NCBI RefSeq assembly: GCF_000485595.1
Contig: NW_014577080.1
Location: 467,423-531,422 of the forward strand
Length of the DNA: 64,000 nucleotides
Direction of reading: 5' to 3'
From: Priapulus caudatus
Lineage: Eukaryota
Made by a program: the position numbers and the translations under genes. Shown in pieces: positions 41,237 to 55,791 of the stretch (the first letter of the stretch is position 1; each line of letters opens with the position of its first letter). Below the pieces are notes generated by a model. That model saw nothing but the letters and a program-made list of their open reading frames with translations, ran no database searches and had not been told where the DNA came from.

Positions 41237-44200
41237 ATTCAATGCGAACGATTTTAACACTTCGTGCATTCTCATTCAGCTGTGGATTACCGCGCGTCAG
41301 TTCGCTCTTTCATTGCTATTCTCGTTGCGCAGCTCTGCGGGGGCTGACACGCGCGTGTCACAGGTTAGGTTCGCAGAATCACATTTTCATCTCGTGAATA
41401 ATCTTGGCAAATATAATTATGGAAGTAGCGCAATCCATATTCAACATGTCGCGGCAATGCTGGCGCCTACACTGACGGCAATAATAGCATCTTCATAGAT
41501 ATGCAAGCAGTGATAGGTTAAATATAGACAATATGCCATGGAATGCTAATGTGTAAGTTCTTCATCGGAAACTCATCTCTTATATAAACAGCGATATGCT
41601 GTCCGTGAACACATGCATATAACTTACCGATGGACAATTCTAACCTGGACCAATTTCATTTACAGCGTTCTCTCATAATTCTAACATATTGCACATATAT
41701 CGTATATGAAGAATGGAGACATAAAACTGTTCACATTATAATATTGTTTTATTACAACGCGTAGATGATAGCTAAAATATACGAAAGATAGTAGTCTAAA
41801 TAGACAATTTGTATATTTGTCTTATTGGTAAGTAGGAGCACTTGTGTCATGCCAATGCCTCGCTTGCTTGCTGCTAGCTTGAGCTGCATGGCGTATATCG
41901 TGCAGATAGTCTATACAGTTTGATTAAGCTGGGTCGATTCCGCAATGGCGGAATACTTATTATGCACATATACCTACGTTTGAAATTTTGTGCGCGCCAT
42001 CGTACACGTTAATATGGAAATAGGTGGAAGCTTATTTAGTCGACACCCACAGAAGCTATGATGACAGCGGCCGCATTTGATTTCGAAAAGCATATCGCAG
42101 CACATAAGTATACTGCTAAATCCTTGCGGAAATGCATTGACCCACTTTGGATTATATCAGTTACAACTTGAAACAAGCAGCTATGAGCGCTAATTTACAT
42201 TCGTAAATGGTATTTTGGATATTTCTTAATTACTACAAAGAGTAAGAAAGCAAAACTTTCGCCACAAGTTAAGCACAATATGAACCAAAAAAGCGCGTCA
42301 GGAATTTTCTTTAAGCTTCATATTTACCTTTATATTAGATTTAGCTTATATTAGCTTTCTATTTAGCTTCATATTTAGCTTAATAAATACGGGAAAAAAT
42401 TTTCGCACGTTTAAATTGAAAAATTTTGCAAATAAGGAAGCATAACCCATAAAATACGCCACTTAATGACAATCCCTGACGCCCTTTTCTACAGCGATAT
42501 GTTACCATTCAAATAAGCGTAAAATTAAATTATTCCGAGTTATTTAAAATATCCACTAAGCACCTTGTCACTAGCAGCTATATTAACGCCACTATATGAC
42601 GCTTCAGTGAGGTGGCCTCGGTTTCTACGTTTCATCAAAGCCAAATAGATCAAACCACATCTAATCGAACCAGTTTAGATTCCTTTAGCCGTCACGGGCG
42701 GCGCTCACAATGATGCATTCAATCACAGGTATATTCCTCTCGGCGCACTCTCACACACAAAACGAAGACGTTTTCTTTTTTATTAAAAAGCGGCCGAGTC
42801 ACGTACGCCAGAACGTTTGGACGCGTGCCAGTACGAACAAATAAGCGAGCTAGCCGCAACCGCTTGCGCGCTATTGCTGTTTCTTGTGTAAACAGATATC
42901 CGCTACGTGTTCGCGAAGATGCCAGCGCATCCGCTCGATTGTAACCGTTGAGAAGACGGCCAGCCGTGCTTCGGTAAAAACTAGCATCGCCTGCTTGGCT
43001 TCATGCCATTATATACGCGGGCGCTCTGCGCTTGCTATTCTCCCCTCCTGTGCAGCATAGCCGCCAGCGACTTCTCCGTCGTCCTTATCAATGTGCATAC
43101 AGATGATCTGTAATCATTAACCTACCCCGCGCGGTGCGGTTGTCGTGTGTAGAGACTATATAGATGTGTCTTTCTGGGTCAGTGGAACGTGCCGATGAGA
43201 CGCGCGCAAGTTGTTTGCACATAATATTAACACGTTCACGCGGCTAGGTCTTTGATTGACACGCTCGATCTGTCAAAGTTTGTAAGATGCGCGCGGGAAT
43301 CCGTCAAAGAGTAGATCGTGCGAGTTGTGTGAAGAAGAGCTGCTGTAATGGCGCGATCGAGGAAGTTGCAACGATCGCAAATTTGTCAGCCCTGCTGTTT
43401 CCTTGCTAAATGTTTTCTACTGAATTAACTTTTTTTTGTCAACCCGATTTCATCGAGCCACGCCAGCGCGCACATGCCCGCGCTGCTGCGCGTAGAAGGC
43501 GAATCGCAGGGCGCGAGTATTGACGCAGTCCTCTAATTATGAGAAAGGCCGCGACCACGCTTTCGTGTTAGGCGTTTTACCGTGAAATTGCTCGCGCTCG
43601 CCAGCATATATCACTGCAACACTGGGTGCCAAACTCGACGCAACGCGCCGGCGAGGTTTTTCGTAATGATCACTCACATGCACGCACGCACGCACTCACC
43701 CACGCATACTCGCATGCACGCACGCACACACACACACGCAGGCACACACTCACGCATGCTCGCATGCACGCACGCACGTACGCATGCACTAACATGCACA
43801 GACACATGCACACACGCTCACGCATGCACGCACGCACGTACATTAACACACATGCATACACACGCACGCACGCATGTACGCACCCACGCACACACGCACG
43901 CACGCACACGTCACACACCTAATACTCTACCCTCGCCAGTTTCGCGCAATAGTCCTTCGCAGTGAAACGGTGAGAAATAGGTGACAAGTGCGCGAATCTT
44001 CACAATAGAGAAGCCATTTCCTGCCATCATTTGCCGCTCACTCAGGCGACCCGGGCGGCATGCACGCGCGCTGGTCGCCGCCCTGGTGTGTCTGTGTCAA
44101 TCTCACTGCAGATATTAGAAGTACTCGATTATTACTGACTATCTAATTTGCTTCACAGCATCGCTGCTAGTCAGTGCGCCCGAGGTATAACTTCGCGGGG

Positions 44201-45639
44201 GCACTCGACAGCAAACATATTATTGTCCAGTATTTGGACATCGAGTAGACTGGCGAATTATTAGTCGAAATAAATATCTTAATATTAGTCGCAATTATAA
44301 GGAATATATGAATTAGTGCAGAGTGAAGTTTATCTGCCCGTCGAACGCACGCTGATGAGTGCGGATTCAAGTCAAATATGACGATGTACGTTACGAGTAG
44401 AGAGATGGAAGGATGGGGGGATTTAATGCAGAAACGACATCCGCAAAATCACATTAGGAATTACCGAGAATTTAGTCATTTCCACATCGAATCGGGCATC
44501 GTTCGATGCAAGTAAGCCGTACTAAAGATTAATAGGAGTTAAGGTAAAGGTAAGTAATAAAGGTTAATAAGATTAATAACTAGTAAGTAGGGCCTATACG
44601 TGTACCTATTACATTGTGTACACATTACACTACCTTCAGGTGCGAGGCCTTTAACGTAGACTATTGCTGCAGCAAATATGGACGCGGGAAATTCTTCGTC
44701 GCAGTTGCTCGTAATAAGAAGATATCTATAGGACGTACACGTCATGGCATTTAAAAAAACCCACCAGTCAGCCATATATATACGGGGAGATGCGCCATAT
44801 ACTACGTGTCGACGAAATCTGCATGGCTTTTCCTGTGATCTACAAGGGGCTTGAAAGGGGGCTGGAATTGAAGTGTGAAAAATTTACAAATGATTGAAAG
44901 ACAGCGGGGCAAGCTCATGCGTCGCTTTCGTGTATACGAGTTTTACGATCACGGACCATTGCTTTATGACTATGGGAATAATAATTCAATATTCATCGTG
45001 ATTATTTTGATCGTAAATGCTATAGGCTTATTACCTACCGCTTGCGCTCTTATCGTTATGTGCATTCAGCTTAATCGAACGTGTCCGTCCCCTGCTCACC
45101 CGTCCGTATCCGATATTAATTGAATATTCATATAATCTCCGTACGAACATAACCAGCAGCAAATATTAATAGGTTATTTCTTTATTCGGCCACGCGCGCG
45201 AAGTTTGTCCCGATGTCGCGATATCCCCGTATAGTATCCACCCCTAGACGTCTGAACGCAACGGCGTAATGAAAACGAACACACAACACGCTGGCTCTAA
45301 TTAAAAAGGGGGAAAGCACGAGCGTTTCATAATCAATGCCCAGCAGATGCCAAATGAACAGGTCTTTTTTATGGTTCACGTGTACGATCGCACAGAATGA
45401 GGCAGTCGTCGCACTGGATTTGCGTTACGAACTGCTACTATACTGTCTGGTCTATACTATCTGGTTCGTGAGCCGACGGGACAATCCGTGCAGCGATAGC
45501 TTGTTCCGCATTGCTTCTGTTTAATTAATCAATCTCATAACTGCTGCCCCGTAGAGATCGGTTCACGCGAAGCACGTCGCATTCTCCTGCCGCCGATACA
45601 ACTGTACGCGGTTATATACAAGCGACGCGTTCCAAGTGC

Positions 45640-45687
<48 letters not shown>

Positions 45688-46131
45688 TGCGCGCGTGTGT
45701 GCGTGCGCGCGTGTGTGCGTGCGCGCGAGGGCGTATGCGTGTATGCAAGCGTGTGCGCGTTTGTATGCGTCCCGCAGTCGTTTTTTGCATGTCAGTGAAC
45801 GTCAAAAGGTTTAAATCTCAAATTGCGTGACGCGAGAAAATAATGCGGGTTACCATCCATGGAACGCGTGTGCGACATGCGGAGAATTCCAGCCGAGGAA
45901 CAGTGTATAACAGCGTTTTCAATCGATGTGGAGCTTCGAAAATTTTCAGCGAAAGAGATTCAACAAACTGAAGCTTCAGTAAAGTTGGACTATAATAATG
46001 CTGCTACAAAATTCTGGCTGTATAACGAACGCTTCACCTTGAATCGGTAAAGATGTAACCGGTGAAGATATCTCGCAGGGGTCTACGGTGTACGGCAATA
46101 ACGCGCATATGAATACATACGCACGGACGCA

Positions 46132-46163
<32 letters not shown>

Positions 46164-47094
46164 CACACACAGACGCTGACACTTATTGCAATACTCTTAT
46201 AACAACAACTAATATCACAATATAGGCTCATTAAATATCTGTAAAAAACGTAGCTTGGCTATCTTGAGGCGTATAAATGCATAGCAAAGCTAAATATTTT
46301 TGCGCAAATGCTATTAATCGCAAGTAGTTAAAAATAAAGGGGGTCTTCAAAGAAAATTTCACGATCCTCAAATCACGATTGCTTTATAAATATTTATCGC
46401 GATAAATTTACTGCCATAGATGTCAAATAAATTGTCTGGTGAATAAGAACGGTACACAAAACCAAAAAGATATAGATTAACTACTGATGCTTATACTCGC
46501 AGAGGCTTCGTGCCTGCGACAATGGCCATAACACTCGTGTACGTTGACTGGCGTCAAGCTAATATAACACGATGGACCCGTTAGGAAAGGGTTAGGCGTG
46601 ATTAACTGAATCGCGATGGTAATTGGTTGATAGCACCGAGATTCATTGGGCATACATCCCATTTAACGCTGCAATACAGATGCTACTCATGGCTAGGAGT
46701 AACTCAACCTTGTCAGTCCCCAACAATCCAAGTATTCGTGATGCATTAACGCAATTTTATGGTTATAGATATTTTTACTTTTTTTTTTCTTTCGATCGTA
46801 ATGATTATATTGAAATATTCTATTAATTTCTAAATATTCTATGAAATATACCAGGGAACTCTCACTGTACTGCCTAGTAATACACTGATATCAATGATAT
46901 CACACAGATTATGGACTACACGTGTATGCACCAGGGGGCGTGCGGGTCGGCCGTTCATTGTGCATTATCGCTCAGAATTTACATAATTGATTTATCATCC
47001 ATCATAATTATCAAAGAATTACGTGTCGATTGTCATCGTACACATTCAAATCCAGGCCAAGTCGACGTTGCCGATGCTATCTCAAGTAATTAGG

Positions 47095-47590
47095 ACCGCG
47101 CCAGATTTGGCTCGAGCCGAGCGTTCACACGGACGGTTTTTCGGGCCGTGCCAATTTGGCACGAGCCAATTTGGTCCCATCGAAAACGTCGGACCAGGCC
47201 CGAGCCAAATTTTAGCACCAGCTTTCGGCGAGCGGTAGAGCGGTAGAATCGGTTGAGCGGTAGATGCCGCAAGTGTCGAACGTGTACTTCGACGAAATAA
47301 AGTCCAAAACAGTATAAAAATTCGAAAAATTTGATCAGGATGCACGTTTTCAAGATTGATAATTGAACTCGGAACGGAAGTAAACACTCTGAATTGTACA
47401 CAACGCCATCTCGCGACATATTGCCAAAATATCTGTGAGATATTTGTGCAATAAAATTTATTTGAATTTGAATTTGAATTTGACAGACAGTATTCACTTG
47501 CGCACGTGTGAACGTTCCGACTCCAACCGGCCCGAGCCAAATTTAACCCATTTGGCTCGAGCCAAACCATGACCGTGTGAACGCGACTAT
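47095..47590. mobile_element. Remnant of a palindromic MITE (PIF/Harbinger-like end GTGTGAACGCGACT)
   Basis: Repeated TTTGGCTCGAGCCAAA palindromes. CGTTCACACG (47122) is inverted against CGTGTGAACG (47506, 47575). The left terminus is not found. Confidence 0.45.
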
Positions 47591-48497
47591 AGATAGATGT
47601 GTCGCGCTGTCGTACGTACTGACAGCACATAGAGGATCAGGTGTCATATACGCTCACAATCGCTACACATCATCGACACCGTCCACCACACCGGGTAGAC
47701 CGACCGATCAACCGATGGAATCAATGTGCTCGCACGCAGATAGAATTATTATCGGCGCTGCTCAATCTCTCTACCTGAATGCGCGGAGACGAATGTATGC
47801 ACTTACGGCAGCTGTGCGTATATAAAAGCCAGTACGTGGCCGCGCACTCAGACCGCCGCCACAGATTCCCTCGTCGAAAGCGGCTCCCGTTTTTATTCAG
47901 AACTCGCTAAGAAAGATTCCGCACAATGTGTTGTAAGTGTGCTGTTTTTTGTGCAGCCTTCATCTGTGGATCGTCGTGATGTGATGGACTATAGCGTACA
48001 ATAACTGCATATAAGAAGTATACTCGGCGAGGTGAATTGACATAGCACGGTCACCGAACGCCACGTTTCGTGTCATAATGTACGATTCCTACATGCAAGG
48101 GCTTCGCTGCAATTTCACTGAGGTTCATTGTTAACGCAACTCTTTCCTTTACAATGGGCTGTGTACATTCTGCGGCCGTATTAGATTTTTTATTTGCCAA
48201 TATTAATTTAAGGGGATACTAGTGAATGCTTTATAATTATCCTCGATACGCAAGGAAGTCGCCTTTCAAAGTCTCCGGCCGATGGGAGCATCTTATTAGA
48301 ATTAAATGTTTTAATAAAGTCTGCTGTAAAACCATCTACAAATAATTGACTTCACGGCTACGCCTCATTAAAATTCAGAATTGGACCCTGGAATATAGTG
48401 CTAGGCCTGCCTTTTTCATTCGCCCTCCCCCACCATCCCGCCTCTTTCTCACACACGCCCACACTCACAAACACGCGCGCACACACACCACATGCAC

Positions 48498-48676
48498 CAG
48501 GGAAAAAAAAATTAATTTATTTTTCGGGGGCTACTTTTCAAGCTCGCATAGCATGCATGAAAATAGCACTATAAAATTTGGTTTGCATTGAATTCTATGC
48601 AAATTTACGGGGGCTTTTTTGGCATTTCCGGGGCTCTTTTTGGCATTTCACGAGCCCCCGTGTATTTTTTTCACTG
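48498..48676. mobile_element. hAT-like MITE
   Basis: Ends CAGGGAAAAAAAAAT and ATTTTTTTCACTG. Perfect 8-bp TSD ACATGCAC at 48490-48497 and 48677-48684. Confidence 0.8.
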
Positions 48677-48797
48677 ACATGCACGCACGCACCCATATAT
48701 CCATCCACCCATCCTTCCATACAATCATCCATGTGTGTGGGGTGCATGCGTGCGTATATATGTACGTGCGTATGTATGTATTCGTGTATTTATGACG

Positions 48798-48840
<43 letters not shown>

Positions 48841-48934
48841 GCGTGTGCGTGTGCGTGTGCGTGTGCGTGTGCGTATGTGTATGTGTATGTGTGTGTGTGT
48901 GTGTGTGTGTTGATTTCGTTGTGGTGTGTGTGTG

Positions 48935-48994
<60 letters not shown>

Positions 48995-48998
48995 TCTC

Positions 48999-49071
<73 letters not shown>

Positions 49072-49248
49072 TCTCGCTCTCTTTCTCTCTCTCTCTCTCT
49101 CGCTCATCTCTCTCTCTCTCTCGTCGCTCTCGCTCTCGCTCTGTATAATGATCCATAAATTATTTATCCTTCTTACCCAAACTTACGAGTTGACTGGCAA
49201 ACACTCAAGTTACCGACCTGAAGTGCGCGCACATCATTTCTCTTTCAG

Positions 49249-49451
49249 GTCGTTGGTATACAGAGACACGCAGACGATCCTGACATACGGTACGGGTGTC
49301 ATAACCGACGACAGCGAATCAGCGTCGCACAGTGCCAAGGCAAATATGGACACTACAGATCCGCGATGTCACGCGAGATGATGGCCGGCGTCTACAGGTG
49401 CGAGGTCAATACGATCCGAGGACGTACTCGAGCCATGCTTCAATGTCCAAA
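49249..49451 (+). CDS. Variable exon C (copy 1): C-terminal part of the lachesin/DIP-like Ig domain (frameshifted in assembly)
   Basis: Acceptor ATTTCTCTTTCAG and donor CAA A|GTAAGC. Fragments: RDTQTILTYGTGVITDD, RISV, WTLQIRDVTRDD (49347), AGVYRCEVNT, DPRT, NVQ. Phase 0 to phase 1, which fits exon 18141-18256. Confidence 0.85.
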
Positions 49452-49464
49452 GTAAGCGGACACA

Positions 49465-49484
49465 TCTTACTATAAATTGGGGAT

Positions 49485-49543
<59 letters not shown>

Positions 49544-49862
49544 TGTGTGCGTGTGTGTTGTTGTGTGTGTGTGTGTGTGTGTCCGGCTATACGTTTCGCA
49601 CCGCTCAACGGATCCTCTCCAAACTTGGTACGAATATTCTACAGATCATGACACGATCATGGGCAATTTTTTTTCACAAGCTTCATTTTTTACATTCCAC
49701 TTCAAAACATTAAAATAGTGGAAATTTTTGCATGTAACGTCACAACACGAAAACACGACGCCACTATCGGATCTTATATGTGTTAATATTATTATTTTTA
49801 TTTTTTTATTCTTATTTTTTTTTTACTTTTGACTACCTGACGGGCATGACGGGTATGGCTAG
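49465..49862 (+). mobile_element. Non-autonomous Helitron-like element (duplicate at 53793-54200)
   Basis: A|TCTTACTATAAA start, (GT)n followed by GTCCGGCTATACG, a subterminal TACC...GGGTA hairpin-like motif and a CTAG|T end. No TSD. Confidence 0.65.
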
Positions 49863-49934
49863 TTGTAGATATAAATATTTTTCGCTCTCACAGCGCTTCA
49901 CGTAATAATGCTTTGTCTCGTCGTGTGTCCGGCT

Positions 49935-49952
49935 TTCTCTCTCTTCTCTCTT

Positions 49953-50003
<51 letters not shown>

Positions 50004-50012
50004 CGCTATCCC

Positions 50013-50082
<70 letters not shown>

Positions 50083-50128
50083 CCTCTCTCGCTCTCTCTC
50101 TCTCTTTTCCCTTTTCTCTCCCCCGCCC

Positions 50129-50201
<73 letters not shown>

Positions 50202-50222
50202 ATTATTATCGTCTCTCTCTCA

Positions 50223-50265
<43 letters not shown>

Positions 50266-50607
50266 TCTTCTCTATCTCTCTCTCTTTCTTGCTCTCATCC
50301 TCTCTTTCTTTCTTTCTCTTCCCCTCTCCTTCTCTCCTCTCTCGCTCTCTCTCTATCTCTCTCGCTCGCCTCTCTCTCTCTTATGCTCTCATGCTCTCTC
50401 TATCATCTCTCTCTCTTCTATCATCTCTCTCTTCTCTCTCTCTCTCGCTCTCTCTCTCTCCTTTCTCTCTCTCTCTCTCTCTCTTTTTCTTCTCTCTCGC
50501 TCGGCTCGCGCTTTCCCCCTCTCTCTTCCTTTCTCTTCCTTCTCTCTCTCTCCTCTCTCTTTTCTTTATTTCATTCTCTCTCTTCCTCACCTCTCCTTCT
50601 TTCTCTG

Positions 50608-50639
<32 letters not shown>

Positions 50640-50905
50640 CTCTCTCTCCGCTCTCCTCTCTCTCTTCCCCATCTCCTACTAATTCTCTCACTCTTCACTC
50701 TCTCTCTGCTCTTTCTCTCGCTCTCTCTCGTCTCTCAGTCTCTCTCTCTTTCTCTCTCTCGTTCGCTTGCGGTCTCTCCCTCTTGCTTCTCTCACTCTCC
50801 CTGTCTCTCTGTCTTCTCTCTTTCTCTTCTCCTGCTCGCTATGCGCTCTCCTCTCTCTCTCTCTATGTCGTCCTCCCCGCCTACTCTCTCGCTCTCTCGC
50901 TCTCT
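49935..50905. repeat. (CT)n-rich tract (parallel copy 54275-55260)
   Basis: Directly visible. It is the source of the long SL/ER pseudo-ORFs. Confidence 0.95.
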
Positions 50906-53576
50906 CACTGATCGAATAACCTCTTTGGCTTTACTTGAATGATCGTCCCTGTTCATTATTCGTGATTGCATTGGCGCGATTTGTTACTCTAGTTCGGCGG
51001 CGTTATCACAATCGCGTGGCGCGATAGTGTTGCTATTGGTCGTGGTCAGCGTTTCGTTTGCTCGCCCCGAGGGGGCGGGGTTGTAGCGAAAAGCAACCAT
51101 TACTCGCGCCGAGTGCTGTCTCACTCGTCGCTGTAAATCAGCGAGAAATGGCTAACTAGTCGTACCCATATTGGCGCTAAGATTTAATTCACGGGTCTTG
51201 CTGCTATAACTGGAAGAAACATCGCAATGCTTCAATATATACAATATATATATAATTATATATATAGTATATATAATTATAATTATACTATATAAAGGAA
51301 GAGAGCAACGAGAGCGCGCGCGCGAGCGAAGCGAAGGGAGAGGGAGAGAGGAGAGATGAAGAGAGAGAGAGGGACTCCAATCAAAATCATATATCTCCCA
51401 TGACGATGGCGTGTTGTTCTTTGGGGGGGGGGGGTTCTACTTGGCATAGATAAATAAATAAAGACAACTAGCCCGGGGAGAGCGACTGCGATCTTGATGC
51501 AGCAAATAAGATTTTTCGCAATTAGTCTGCTGTATAGGACGAGCCGCATGCACGCAGAAACACGTGCATTTCTACAATGGCCGAGGCATAGACTGTCTGG
51601 CGTAGGGTAGGGGTTTCAGAGCTCTTAGGCAGTATATGGTTGTATCAAATCAAGCGTGCTTGGTCATTCGTTCGTCCATATAGGTGACACGAACCCATTT
51701 CGCCTCACATCATCACAACGTCTCCACGACTGCGTGCCTATTACCGCTAAGAGCAAACTGCCGAAATGAGATCATATTTGTTTAGAGTGGAGATAATAGT
51801 CAGTGCGGGTCGCGTCTGAAACAGCAGTGTTAAAAACCTATGAGAACGTATTAGTGTAAAGTCGGCACCGTCTCCTGTAGCGTGTGTGACAGCAATAAAG
51901 GAATGTTTCAGAAATATTTTGTGCGCTCGGCGTGTATATAGAAGTTGGCACGCGTTTAGGAGCTATATGCCTGTTACATTTTGCAAATCCGGTTGCGAAA
52001 GAGGAGTATTCGCACGCAGTCACGCAGTTTAGAGACCTAAGCTTTTTTACACACGATTTCTAGCTGGAAGGAAAATTAACTACGACAGTGCATAAAAATT
52101 CTTTAGATGCATCTTTTATAAAGGGCAACATCGCAGCTTTACGTTTAAGGCTGACAGTGATATACGGCCATAAGCGCGAATTCGTGTCCATTTCCATCTC
52201 AACTTACCTTGTAATTTACTCTTATATCATATACATATTAGGGTCTTGTAACATAATATAATCGCTATTTTCCAGATTTACATATCTTTTGCAACTAAAG
52301 TGTGCTAGGCGAATAACGAAAAAAATCGACAAGGTCAATAAGATTAGGATGGAATATATAAAAGCCGGAATCGCCATATATATATATGATAAGCGCAACA
52401 ATGGCTGCCGCAGCGAGATCCACAGTTTCCTGTGCCTAAAGGCGTTCAGCAACGATGCTATGATAGGCGGATAGCTTGCTTAAAATACACCAAAACTGCG
52501 GATATACGAATTTCCTGACATGTCCTTGTTTTTCCCTGCCGAATGTTAAGGCGTCGTCGCGAATCCGCAGAATGCAGGCCTGCTAGTAGGCAAATCAGCC
52601 GCGGCTGCACTTGCCTTAGCATGCACGCATGTATGTATTGACTAATCTCTGTTCATCAGTTCTGTCGGGAACGAACGTTGTCCGCGGATTGCGTGCCCTG
52701 ACCTCATTTGGCTAGTTTACGGCGACGCAGGCCAAGAGCTTGTTCAGCGTCCATTTCTCTAATAGCTGGGGTGATTGGACGTTGATTACAGATTGCTTAT
52801 GGTCGCACTCTTGCTTATAGAAAATGCTTGATGAATAGAGAGCGTAAATGCACGAGCGTGTGCGCTCCAAATATGCGCTATAAGAAAGCGTGGTCAATGT
52901 TGAATGAATCACATACGCACGCGCCTACAGTGGCTGCGATGTATATTGTAAGCTTTCTATAATGGACACGACGCGGGCTCCTCTGTGTACGTCTTACCGT
53001 TTTCAATAAATTGTACTTTTATGCGACCACATTGCAATTAGCTACACCGAACACCATTACGCATTCACACGCGTACATATCCGCGTGCAGTGGTCGCATA
53101 AAACCCGCACAATACCTCAACAGCTATTAGTATATTCTGCAAGAATCAGACATGCATAGGCCCTATTTGGTTGTTTATATATCGACTGTCGTTGGCAATA
53201 TGTCGATAGTCTGCTCGTTAAAATGAACCGAAATAGATTTGCATGCATCTCGCCCATATCGACGCAGTTGCCAGACAGCGCTGCGTGCTAATGCACTGGC
53301 ATTTCTTCTCACAATACAAGCTTCTCCGCTCTCTCGCTCTCTCTCTCTCTATCTCTCCCTCTCTCTCGCTCTCTCTCTCTCTCTCTCCCCCCCCCTCCTC
53401 TCTTCTCTCTCTCCTCTCTCTCTCTCTCTCTCCTCTCCTCTCTCTCGTTGCTTCTCGCTCTCGCTCTGTATAATGATCCATAAATTATTTATCCTTCTTA
53501 CCCAAACTTACGAGTTGACTGGCAAACAACCTCAAGTTACCGACCTGAAGTGCGCGCGACATCATTTCTCTTTCAG

Positions 53577-53779
53577 GTCGTCTGCTTATCAGAGACACGC
53601 AGACGATTCCTGACATACGGTACGGGTGTCATAACCGACGACAGCGAATCAGCGTCGCCACAGTGCCAGGCAAATATGGGACACTACAGATCCGCGATGT
53701 CACCGAAGATGATGCCGGCGTCTACAGCGTGCGAGCTCAATACGATCGAGGACGTCTCGAACCATGCTCAATGTCCAAA
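53577..53779 (+). CDS. Variable exon C (copy 2), near-identical to 49249-49451 with different indels
   Basis: Same acceptor and donor as copy 1. Fragments: LTYGTGVITDD, TLQIRDVTEDDAGVY, CELNT, LNVQ. It lies inside a ~2.4 kb duplicated block. Confidence 0.7.
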
Positions 53780-53811
53780 GTAAGCGGACACATCTTACTA
53801 TAAATTGGGAT

Positions 53812-53863
<52 letters not shown>

Positions 53864-54296
53864 CGGTTGTGTGATGTGTGCGTGTGTGTGTTGTGGTGTG
53901 TGTGTGTGTGGTGTCCGGCTATACGTTTCCGCACCGCTCAACGGATCCTCTCCAAACTTGGTACGAATATTCTACAGATCATGACACGATCATGGCTATT
54001 TTTTTTCACAAGCTTCATTTTTTTACATTCCACTTCAAAACATTAAAATAGTGGAAATTTTTGCATGGTAACGTCCACAACACGAAAACACGACGCCACC
54101 TATCGGATCTTATATGTGTTAATATTATTATTTTTTATTTTTTTATTTTTATTTTTTTTTTAGTTTTGACTACCTAACAGGCATGGACGGGTATGGCTAG
54201 TTGTAGATAATAAATATTTTTCGCTCTCACAGCGGCTTCACGGTAATAATGCCGTTTGTCTCGTCGTGTTGTCCGGGCTTTCTCTCTCTTTCTCTC

Positions 54297-54340
<44 letters not shown>

Positions 54341-54361
54341 TCCTCTCTCCTCTCGGCTATC

Positions 54362-54435
<74 letters not shown>

Positions 54436-54510
54436 CCCTCCTCTCTCGCTCTCTCTCTCTCTTTTCCCTTTTCTCTCCCCCGCTCTTCCTCTCTCTCTCT
54501 CTGCTCTCTC

Positions 54511-54554
<44 letters not shown>

Positions 54555-54586
54555 CTCTCTCTATATATATTATCGTCTCTCTCTCA

Positions 54587-54674
<88 letters not shown>

Positions 54675-54797
54675 TTCTTCTTTTCTCTCCTCTCTCTCCC
54701 TCTCTCCCTCCTCTCGCTCGCTCTCTCTCTCTCTCGCTCGCTCTCTCTCTCTTATCTCTCACTCTCTCTCTATCTCTCTCTCTTCTTCTATCTCTCT

Positions 54798-54829
<32 letters not shown>

Positions 54830-54968
54830 CTTCTCTCTCTCTCTCTCTCTCCTCTTTCTTCTCTCTCTCGCCTCGCTCGCGCTTCCCCCTCTCTCTTCCT
54901 TTCTCTTCCTTTCTCTCTCTCTCCCTCTCTCTCTTTCTTTATTTCTTCTCTCTCTCTCACTCTCTCCT

Positions 54969-55009
<41 letters not shown>

Positions 55010-55065
55010 CTCTCTCTCGCTCTCCTCTCTCTCTCTCCCCTCTCCCTATCTTTCTCTCACTCTCA

Positions 55066-55123
<58 letters not shown>

Positions 55124-55719
55124 CGCTTGCGGTCTCTCCCTCTCTCTTTCTCTCACTCTCCCTGTCTCTCTGTCTCTCTCTTTCTCTCTCCTGCTCGCTT
55201 GCGCTCTCCCCTCTCTCTCTATGTCTCCCTCTCCCCCCTCTCTCTCGCTCTCTCGCTCTCTCACTGATCGAATAACCTCTTTTTGGCTTTCTTGAATGTC
55301 GTCTGTTATTATTCGTGATTGCATTGCCGAGTTTGTTTACCTAGTTCGGCGGCGTTTATCACATCGCGTGCGCGATAGTGTTGCTATTGTCGTGCTCGCG
55401 TTTGTTTGCTCCCCCCGGGGGGGGGGTTGTAGCGAAAGCAAAGCCATCTCCTCGCGCCGAGTCTGTTCTCACTCGTGCACGTAAATCACGCGGAGAAATG
55501 GCTAACTAGTCGTCCCCATATTGCGCTAAGATTTATTCACGGGTCTTGCTGCTAATAACTGGAGGAAACACTCGCAATGTATACTATACATATATATATA
55601 TATATATATATAGTATATATATATATTATATATATAAAGAGAGAGAGAACGAGAGCGCGCGCGCGAAGCGGAAGCGAGGGAGAGGGAGAGGGAGAGATGA
55701 GAGAGAGAGGAGAGAGAGA

Positions 55720-55791
<72 letters not shown>

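Noticed and set aside
43440..43535. PDFIEP...VEGES resembling a second N-terminal-half Ig exon
   Set aside because: There is no AG after the T tract (TGTCAA), the motifs are in different frames, and there is no B-strand Cys or donor. Worth rechecking after polishing because it would alter the array model.
49908..55295. 330-350 aa Ser/Leu and Arg/Glu ORFs
   Set aside because: These are translations of (CT)n tracts.
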